Source: a virus | Taxonomy: Duplodnaviria > Heunggongvirae > Uroviricota > Caudoviricetes | Direction: 5' to 3' (one strand) | Length of the DNA stretch: 64,000 bases | IMG/VR virus record: IMGVR_UViG_3300042946_000144 | Span: 24,332-88,331 of that record | Shown here: positions 57,073 to 64,000 of the stretch, piece by piece | How the letters are laid out: each line of letters opens with the position of its first letter | Position numbering within the stretch: the stretch's first letter is position 1 | Notes under the pieces: generated by a model | The model's input: only the letters and a program-made list of their open reading frames with translations | Databases searched by the model: none | Told to the model about the DNA's origin: nothing | Made by a program: the position numbers and the translations under genes

Positions 57073-57849
57073 GACAACACTTATTCAATGGCAAAAGGAC
57101 TTCTCATTAATGCAGAACTCCCACAACAAACACGTACATACAAGCCTATTAGCCATCAACAATTGATGGACCTCACCCTGGAAAGTATATATCAAGCAGG
57201 GTTTGAATTAGATCAAGAGATATATTCAGGAGCAAGAGATGGTCAGATTGGTAATGGTAGATACACAATCAAGAATGTAGCTGATTCAGAAATGCAATTG
57301 CAGATTGGCTGGCAGAATTCCTATGACAAGAGTCTTTCTCTGAAGTTTGCTATTGGTACACGCATATTCATTTGTCAAAATGGTTGTGTATCAGGAGACT
57401 TTGGTACATTCAAAAAGAAACACAAAGGTGATGTACAAGAATTCACCCCATCAGCTATTACAGAATATATCAGAAGAGCAGGAGATGTGTTTCAGCAAAT
57501 TCAGAAAGACAAAGAGGGAATGAAGCAAATCGAGATGACTAAGCGTACATCTGCTGAAATCATCGGTAGAATGTTCCTTGAAGAAGAAATCATCCAGAGC
57601 ACACAGTTAAACATCATCAAGAGAGAGATGGATAATCCTTCTTTTGATTATGGTGCTGATGGATCTATGTGGCAGCTGTACAACCACACCACATTAGCTA
57701 TGAAGGAATTACATCCTTCTTTATGGATGAACAACCACATGAAAGCACATTCATTCTTTGTAAAAGAAAGTGGATTATTTGTTCCTAATAGCGAAATCAC
57801 TGTTCCTGAGGAAGGGCAGCTTACACAACTTGAATTATTCACCAATTAA
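57067..57849 (+). CDS. DUF932-family (phage/plasmid-like, TIGR03299-type) protein
   Basis: QNSYDKSLSLKFAIGTRIFICQNGCV resembles the NSHDGS...R.VC.NG core. Confidence 0.5.
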   Translation: MTDNTYSMAKGLLINAELPQQTRTYKPISHQQLMDLTLESIYQAGFELDQEIYSGARDGQIGNGRYTIKNVADSEMQLQIGWQNSYDKSLSLKFAIGTRIFICQNGCVSGDFGTFKKKHKGDVQEFTPSAITEYIRRAGDVFQQIQKDKEGMKQIEMTKRTSAEIIGRMFLEEEIIQSTQLNIIKREMDNPSFDYGADGSMWQLYNHTTLAMKELHPSLWMNNHMKAHSFFVKESGLFVPNSEITVPEEGQLTQLELFTN

Positions 57850-57860
57850 AAACCAATAAA

Positions 57861-58133
57861 ATGGCTACAAAAAAAGCGAAAGCACCAAAGACAATTACAT
57901 TAGTAAAGAAGCAACCTGCTTTAACAAAAACTCAGATTGAAGAACTACGTACGATTGCCCTCTATTTAGGAGAAATCAGACGTAAGTTATACAATTTAGA
58001 AGATGAATCAGAAAGTCTGTCTAAAGTGATGTTCAATGTAGGTATGATCTTTAAGGTGGCAGATCAGGCAGAAGATAGGTTGAATGACTTTATTGAAGAA
58101 ATTGAACCAACTGATCATGAACTAAACTTTTAA
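57861..58133 (+). CDS. hypothetical coiled-coil protein (90 aa)
   Basis: ORF. Confidence 0.4.
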   Translation: MATKKAKAPKTITLVKKQPALTKTQIEELRTIALYLGEIRRKLYNLEDESESLSKVMFNVGMIFKVADQAEDRLNDFIEEIEPTDHELNF

Positions 58134-58135
58134 TT

Positions 58136-58855
58136 ATGATTTGGGAGAAATTCAAGGATAACTTTCACGAAAGCTGGCATGCTAAAATGCAACCCTTTAT
58201 TGAAAGTGAGGAGTGTGATAAGATTTATGAATTTCTAAAGTCAGAAAGCAAGAGGGGTAAGAAGATTGCCCCTCTTTCTTCTGATGTTTGGAGATGTTTT
58301 AAAGAAACACCTCTCACAGATCTGAAGGTGATAATGATTGGGATGTGCCCATATCATACAGAAAGAAACGGAGAACCTGTAGCTGATGGTCTTCTTATGG
58401 GCTGTAGTAAAACAGGAAAACTCCAACCTTCTCTAGAGCAATTCTATGGAGGAATAGAAAGAGAACTACACGATGGATTACATCTTACATATGACAAAAC
58501 ACCTGATGTTTCCTATCTAGCGAAACAAGGTGTGCTTATGATGAACGCTGCTCTCACTACAGAGATAAACAAAGCAGGTTCACACATTGCCCTCTGGGAA
58601 CCATTAGTTAAATATCTGTTTGAACACGTGTTTCAGTATGAAGGAGCACCTATTGTGTTCCTTGGAAAGGATGCAGCTAAGTATAAGAAGCTTGTTAGTC
58701 CTCTTTCCTGGTCATTTGTTGTAACACATCCAGCATCTGCAGCATATAAACAAACAGAATGGGATACAGAGGGTGTATTTGGTAAGGTGAATAGGATTTT
58801 AAAAGACAACAACAATTTCACAATTAGCTGGTTGGATGAACCAGCCCCATTTTAA
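58136..58855 (+). CDS. uracil-DNA glycosylase family-1-like protein with altered catalytic motif
   Basis: [28 protein letters not shown] aligns with Ung [38 protein letters not shown] aligns with [20 protein letters not shown] aligns with HPSPLS. The catalytic QD is replaced by MC. Confidence 0.6.
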   Translation: [239 protein letters not shown]

Positions 58856-58867
58856 ATCACTAAAAAC

Positions 58868-59260
58868 ATGAGAACATTAAAGTATGGGGGACAATTGTCT
58901 CCAGGAGATTTTATTGCCGTAGCTTATTCCAATCATATAGACTTTGGTTGGTATTTTGGGAATGGTATAAACCAAACCTTACAATACTACTCACTTCGTT
59001 ATCCAAAAGCTGCATATGAAAGATATCAAGACTTCAAAGCAAAGCTTGATGGAGGAATAACTACTTCCGCCTATGAAGCAAAGAGATATAGCAACGGTTT
59101 TACAATTAAGTGTATGTACAAATCCTATATAAATGCTGTACATGCTACAAGAGTGATGAAAGTTACAAATCCAGAAGATATATTCATAGAACAACAAGAT
59201 AGAGAAGACTACGAAAAATCAAAAGAAGCACTAATTACATTAAATTTCATTAAAAAGTAA
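58868..59260 (+). CDS. hypothetical protein (130 aa)
   Basis: ORF. Confidence 0.4.
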   Translation: MRTLKYGGQLSPGDFIAVAYSNHIDFGWYFGNGINQTLQYYSLRYPKAAYERYQDFKAKLDGGITTSAYEAKRYSNGFTIKCMYKSYINAVHATRVMKVTNPEDIFIEQQDREDYEKSKEALITLNFIKK

Positions 59261-59265
59261 GCAAA

Positions 59266-61605
59266 ATGATTTTAGAAAAACAAACAGAAGCACTGGTTCA
59301 ACAAGAAGGAACCTCACAAGAATCAATCGGTATGTCACTTGACTTAGATTCTGCACAGATATTGATGCAGATGTTAAGTAAGAATCTCTATTCAGATTCA
59401 ATAGGCTCTACTGTCAGAGAATGTGCATCTAATGCATTAGACAGTCATAGAAGAGCTGGTGTTGACAAACCAATCGTTGTGTCTTTTAAGCCAAATGAAG
59501 CTAATAACTATGAATTCTCTGTAGAGGATTTTGGTATAGGCTTAGATGCAGATGATGTAAAGAACATCATTAGTAAGTATGGTAAGAGTACAAAGCGTGA
59601 TTCAGCTACAGAATTAGGTATGATGGGCTTGGGTTTCAAAGCTCCTTTAGCTTATAGTTCTTCGTTCTATTTCGTATGTCGTAAAGATGGTATGGAGCGT
59701 AAGTATATGATGTACGAAGGAGAAGATACAAACACCATCGACTTGTTGTATGAGAAACCAACCACAGAAGGTAATGGTGTAAAGGTGATTGTTCCTGTTA
59801 ACTATTATGACAGAAGAGAGTTTCACAGTAAGATTAGTGAGCAGCTTGCTTATTTCGAGAGTGTGTATTTCGATGTACCTGGAGTGATAGACAATGATTT
59901 CCAGATAGTTAGAAGTGAACACTTCCAATTCTCAACTCTTGCTTCAGATAGCAAAATGCACATCTGCTTGGACAATGTGTACTATCCTCTGGAGTTTGAT
60001 AAGGTTGGAATGAGCAACACCATACATTTCCCTGTAGGTTTGAGATTTAGTCTTACAGATGGCATATTCCCTACACCAAACAGAGAATCAATTCGTTACA
60101 CCAAAGAAGCTAAGGAGATTATTCTCAAGAAGATAGCTATGGTGGCTGATTACATGGTTAGTAAGTATAATGAGTCTATTATTGAGACAGACAACATAAT
60201 AGAAATCATGAACTATTATTCCAGTGATGCTAGAAATCTTGAGTTTGCCAGTGGTAGATATGATATTGCCGAACTTTCTAACTATGCTACAATCAAGGTG
60301 GCTGAACCAAAGTTGAAAGGTATTAATGTCCTAAATCTCAGATTGCTCCACAAGAATAGAGATTTTATTCTGAAGGAATATCAGGTGAGATACAGAATCG
60401 ATGGTGGTAAATTCAGAGAGTGTAAGAACTATTGGAATCAAGATCTGAAGATCCGTGATATGACCAAAGATAGACACTTCTTGCTGGAAGATAAACTGAC
60501 TGGTAAGAAGAAAGAATATCTGAGAGAAACAATGGGCAAGGATACAGGATGGGGAAAGAATAAGTTCCTAATCAAGAAGGTTAAAGAGTTTAAGCTTGGT
60601 AAACCAAATGCTTCTACAAACTATGAAACTTATATGGATCTTCTTGGTTTGAGAAAGATTCAGAAACATCTCTGGAGAGCTGCTATCAAAGAGTTTCAAT
60701 CTATTGTAGGTATGTACATCGATTGTCTTACAAAAATTGATGACATAAAGATTCCTGATGGCTGGGTTGACAGCAAGAAGAGAGCAAAGATTATCATCTC
60801 TGGAGGAACAATAGGTCCAAAAGCAAGGAGAGTTAAACTCAAAGGAGAAATTGTTGTAAAGCTTGCTACAACTCTTGAAAGATGGGTGGATGGTAAGAAC
60901 TGTAAATGGGTTCCTACAACATACAATCTAGAGAGTCTTCACAAATCTCCACATTTGACAGTTTATGCATCTCAGAACGAGACAGATACAAAACTAATGG
61001 ATGGTCTTTTCAAGATTACATATGGTATATCTAAGACCAAGATCAATTTTGTAGCTGCTTCTGAGAGAGAACTGAAGAACCTTGAGAAACTTGAATTGCA
61101 CAACTGGATAAAACTTGAAACATTTATGGAAGGGAAGAATAAACCATTCAAAAGAATTGTCACTGCATATCTGATTAAAGAGTTAACTGATAAATATAGT
61201 GACACTTTTCAGAAGAGTGCTAAATTGAAGCCTCTGTCAGAAGATCTTGCAAACAAGATTGAACTACTTGATTCATATAGAGATGATCATTACATTTCCT
61301 CTATAGATGCAGTTCATAAAGCTATGTTAGCTGTGGCAGAGGAGAACAATCTGTTTGATGGTGAAATCTATCCCATCTATAAGGAAGTCAAGGCTTTCTT
61401 GAATAGATATTCATTTGTTGACACCATCCTTGATAAAATTTCTTATTATGAAAAGGATGATAACCCTATGATGGACGTGTTGAGAGACATGTTGAAATAT
61501 CATAGAAGAAGACTCGACTGGAAGAACTACAACATAAAACTCAACGATGATGTAGTTAAGACAGAACTTACAGAGGAATTAGTAGAAGATTTATTAGAAG
61601 ATTAA
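59266..61605 (+). CDS. GHKL-ATPase-domain protein, rIIA-like
   Basis: N box RECASNALDSH, G1 EDFGIGLD, G2 ELGMMGLGFKAPLAYSS. 779 aa. Followed by a partner gene as in rIIA/rIIB pairs. Confidence 0.5.
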   Translation: MILEKQTEALVQQEGTSQESIGMSLDLDSAQILMQMLSKNLYSDSIGSTVRECASNALDSHRRAGVDKPIVVSFKPNEANNYEFSVEDFGIGLDADDVKNIISKYGKSTKRDSATELGMMGLGFKAPLAYSSSFYFVCRKDGMERKYMMYEGEDTNTIDLLYEKPTTEGNGVKVIVPVNYYDRREFHSKISEQLAYFESVYFDVPGVIDNDFQIVRSEHFQFSTLASDSKMHICLDNVYYPLEFDKVGMSNTIHFPVGLRFSLTDGIFPTPNRESIRYTKEAKEIILKKIAMVADYMVSKYNESIIETDNIIEIMNYYSSDARNLEFASGRYDIAELSNYATIKVAEPKLKGINVLNLRLLHKNRDFILKEYQVRYRIDGGKFRECKNYWNQDLKIRDMTKDRHFLLEDKLTGKKKEYLRETMGKDTGWGKNKFLIKKVKEFKLGKPNASTNYETYMDLLGLRKIQKHLWRAAIKEFQSIVGMYIDCLTKIDDIKIPDGWVDSKKRAKIIISGGTIGPKARRVKLKGEIVVKLATTLERWVDGKNCKWVPTTYNLESLHKSPHLTVYASQNETDTKLMDGLFKITYGISKTKINFVAASERELKNLEKLELHNWIKLETFMEGKNKPFKRIVTAYLIKELTDKYSDTFQKSAKLKPLSEDLANKIELLDSYRDDHYISSIDAVHKAMLAVAEENNLFDGEIYPIYKEVKAFLNRYSFVDTILDKISYYEKDDNPMMDVLRDMLKYHRRRLDWKNYNIKLNDDVVKTELTEELVEDLLED

Positions 61606-61631
61606 TTAGATATTTATTAGAACAATTATTA

Positions 61632-61658
61632 GAGGGAGGTATATAACTCCCTCATTTT
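61632..61658 (+). terminator. rho-independent terminator
   Basis: GAGGGAG-GTATATAA-CTCCCTC followed by ATTTTCA. Confidence 0.6.
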
Positions 61659-61680
61659 CAACACTTTAAATTAAAACAAC

Positions 61681-63213
61681 ATGAGCAAATTTCTCAGCAT
61701 GCAGTGGTTCAAAAGCAAGATCGAACACGCAGTAGAAAAAGTGATTACAAGTAAGATTGAAGATTTGATGGAACAAGAAGACAATGATACAGTTCCTGAG
61801 TTTAGAGATCCTCTTAACATTAGAAAGCCCTATCTAACTGTCAAAAGAGTGAATGATGTATTGACTATAGTTATGAAGGATGGTGATATCCTTAGTAAAC
61901 CAAATTCTACAGATGATGACTTTATTAGAGCTAAGAATGCAAGAACAGAAGATGATCTGTATTCTATTGTAGCAACACCAGAAGTTATATCTGAAAGAAA
62001 GAACAGAGAAGCTGAATTGGTAAAATTGAGAGCTCTTCATCAGGGAATTGAGCAATTAGCAAATCTTCGTCAGTTCAGAGTGGAGGGTAATACAGTTTAT
62101 CTTACAGGGATTAACAGAAGTCTTCCTCAATTACTTGTAGAAAGATTCATCGAGATTGTATATCCTTATACAAACAATCCATATTTGTCTAACCAGGAAA
62201 TGTCTGATATCCTAGATTCTAATGATGATTTCTTAGCTCACAAGAGATTCTTCATGTGGTGCTGCCTGAATCCAAGAGCAGAAGTTGCAGATAGACTATA
62301 TGACTTCCTGAATAAGAATGGTATGAAGATTACAAAGCAAGGTTTCTTTGTTGCTCTTAGGAACATTGTTGTGGTACATGGTTCTGCACAGCTTGTAGAC
62401 TTTGTAAGTAATGCTTACAACAAGGTGAAAGCTGTATGGAAAAAGTCTCCTGATAACTACACTGTATTCCTGGAAGATGGTGAGTACAAGCTGGTTCACA
62501 ATGATGATCTAGAGAGAACAGAAATGATGGAATGTGAAATGTGTAATGGTGAAGGAGAATGGTGGAATGAAGAAGCTTCAGAATATGGTGATGAGCCAGG
62601 ATATGAAACATGTTACAACTGTGATGGTACGGGAGAACATGAAGCCACTATACTTATTAACCACGGTGAGAGAATTGGTGGATTAACAGAGCTCTATCTC
62701 GATCTTCCTAACAGACATGAGAATAGATATACAGACAACTGGACCAAGACATTTGATATTCGTGTTGGTCAGGTGGTGAGTATGCCTATTGAAGATTGTA
62801 ACTGGTCTACACAAGACTGTGCTACAGCAGGATTACACTTTGCTGGTCATACAGCTCCATATGTATTGTGTGGTGATACAACTGTATTTACCTTGCACAA
62901 TCCTATGAAGGTTGTAGGTATTGGTGAAGAGAAAGGTAGATGCTACGAATATCTTCCATTCATGACTACAAACATCGAGGAAGCTGATGAGATTATGAAC
63001 TCACGTGATTTTGATTTCTTACAGCTGGATGAGCAATATGCTATCAACGAACTTCAAAGTCTTGAAGAGAAAGTGAAAGCAGGCTTTGCTGCAGAGGCTA
63101 AGAAGTATGATTTCAATTTACCACACATCAGTGCTTCAGAGATCAAGAACATTGTTGCTTCTCTGGAGGATATGCGTAGTGAGATTGCTAACAGAGTCAA
63201 CCACATTGACTAA
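61681..63213 (+). CDS. 510-aa protein (rIIB-like partner candidate) with DnaJ-type CxxCxGxG zinc finger
   Basis: CEMCNGEGEWW...CYNCDGTGEHE. Position after the GHKL gene. Confidence 0.45.
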   Translation: MSKFLSMQWFKSKIEHAVEKVITSKIEDLMEQEDNDTVPEFRDPLNIRKPYLTVKRVNDVLTIVMKDGDILSKPNSTDDDFIRAKNARTEDDLYSIVATPEVISERKNREAELVKLRALHQGIEQLANLRQFRVEGNTVYLTGINRSLPQLLVERFIEIVYPYTNNPYLSNQEMSDILDSNDDFLAHKRFFMWCCLNPRAEVADRLYDFLNKNGMKITKQGFFVALRNIVVVHGSAQLVDFVSNAYNKVKAVWKKSPDNYTVFLEDGEYKLVHNDDLERTEMMECEMCNGEGEWWNEEASEYGDEPGYETCYNCDGTGEHEATILINHGERIGGLTELYLDLPNRHENRYTDNWTKTFDIRVGQVVSMPIEDCNWSTQDCATAGLHFAGHTAPYVLCGDTTVFTLHNPMKVVGIGEEKGRCYEYLPFMTTNIEEADEIMNSRDFDFLQLDEQYAINELQSLEEKVKAGFAAEAKKYDFNLPHISASEIKNIVASLEDMRSEIANRVNHID

Positions 63214-63224
63214 TTAAACTAGGA

Positions 63225-63266
63225 ATGTGTCACAGATATTTGTATATTTGTGACACATTTTTATTA
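63225..63266 (+). terminator. rho-independent terminator (10-bp perfect stem)
   Basis: ATGTGTCACA-14nt loop-TGTGACACAT followed by TTTTTATT. Confidence 0.8.
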
Positions 63267-63268
63267 TT

Positions 63269-63667
63269 ATGGCTACAAAGAAAAAGAAGGCTGTTGCTAA
63301 ACCTAAGACACTGAAGACTAGAAATGCAGGCACTATGACAGAGTCTGCATTCTGGTCTTTTATTAGGAGTGGGTTGAGACAAAAGTCAAGATGGTGGAAA
63401 CCAATTACACAATGCAAGATGAACGCTCGAAGACCATATAAAGGTCCTAATAAGAGACAAAAGTTTGAATATCAATGCAATGTGTGTGATGGATGGTTTC
63501 CAGAAAAGAAAATAAACATTGACCATATCGTGCCTGCTGGTACATTAAGATGTGCAAATGACCTCCCAGGATTTGTAGAAAGACTATTCTGTGAAGAGGA
63601 CAATTTACAATGCATCTGTACTACATGCCATGATGCAAAAACAAAATCAGAAAAAGATGCAAAATAG
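63269..63667 (+). CDS. HNH endonuclease (free-standing, homing-type candidate)
   Basis: CNVCDGW...IDHIVPAGT...N...CTTCHDAKT (CxxC / DH / N / CxxCH). Lys-rich N-terminus. Confidence 0.7.
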   Translation: MATKKKKAVAKPKTLKTRNAGTMTESAFWSFIRSGLRQKSRWWKPITQCKMNARRPYKGPNKRQKFEYQCNVCDGWFPEKKINIDHIVPAGTLRCANDLPGFVERLFCEEDNLQCICTTCHDAKTKSEKDAK

Positions 63668-64000
63668 CGTAGAACTTTTAGGCTTCTATGGATCAGATGA
63701 GATTATAGCTTGTTCAGCATGGACTAGTACATCCAGAGAGCTTACAGATGATAAGAAGGAGCGTATTCCCAAGCTTATAAATATGCTTTGGTCAGAAGGA
63801 CATGAAACTCCTTTTGAAAAGGGAACAGTTCACTTTTTAGTAAACTGTGACATAGCGTCACACATTCATCTTCTTAAGCACAGGATAGCTTCTATTAATG
63901 CTGAAAGTGCTAGGTATAAAGAGCTAAAGGAAGATAAGTGTTATTTTCCTGCAGATTGGAAACAAATTTTAATTAAAGATGATGTGAATGGAAATACTTG
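63657..64000 (+). CDS. thyX: flavin-dependent thymidylate synthase ThyX (N-terminal part, continues beyond the window)
   Basis: KHRIASINAESARY matches the ThyX RHRxxSxxxxSxRY motif. Confidence 0.75.
   Translation, partial: MQNSVELLGFYGSDEIIACSAWTSTSRELTDDKKERIPKLINMLWSEGHETPFEKGTVHFLVNCDIASHIHLLKHRIASINAESARYKELKEDKCYFPADWKQILIKDDVNGNT

Noticed and set aside
1-64000. CRISPR array, DGR/reverse transcriptase, integrase, rRNA
   Set aside because: No spaced direct-repeat array, no RT motif (YxDD) ORF, and no tyrosine/serine recombinase signature were noticed. The poly-Thr DNA tracts are coding low complexity, not CRISPR repeats.

Overview
The window reads as about 64 kb of a tailed dsDNA phage genome, with a structural/packaging half on the minus strand and an early/replication half on the plus strand.

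The host is probably a Bacteroidota member. This rests on the AT-rich sequence, A-rich leaders without Shine-Dalgarno sites, Bacteroides-style lipoprotein signal peptides, and a gene repertoire (PolB, DnaG-like primase, DnaB-like helicase, UDG, ThyX, rIIA/rIIB-like) like that reported for crAss-like (Crassvirales) phages. Lineage cannot be proven from sequence alone, and no virion RNA polymerase motif was seen.

Layout:
- **Minus strand, 39.4 kb down to 1.** One long ATGA-coupled structural/packaging operon: small DNA-binding genes (HU-like), large terminase, portal, an SPFH-like protein, acidic scaffold, major capsid candidate, head-tail proteins, a Cys-rich tail-fiber cassette (tail-collar-domain fiber, two fibers sharing an N-terminal anchor), a metallophosphoesterase, and three giant virion proteins (1855 aa, 1518 aa, and more than 917 aa running off the left edge).
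- **Control region, 39367..39606.** Divergent, with poly-C direct repeats and palindromes.
- **Plus strand, 39.6 to 64 kb.** Early/replication module: tRNA-Arg(UCU), many small early ORFs (lipoprotein, membrane, zinc-ribbon, very acidic), DnaA-domain-IV-like HTH, a secreted beta-helix protein, proofreading family B DNA polymerase, DnaB-like helicase, SF2 helicase, P-loop ATPase, DnaG-like primase, DUF932, UDG-like, GHKL (rIIA-like) plus partner, a free-standing HNH endonuclease, and the start of ThyX.

The most unusual items are a SET-domain plus zincin polyvalent virion protein, a highly acidic early protein that may be a DNA mimic, a UDG-like protein with an altered catalytic motif, and a palindrome-rich internal control/origin-like region.

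No integrase, CRISPR array, reverse transcriptase or rRNA was seen. All calls rest on motif recognition by eye and need confirmation by HMM or structure searches.
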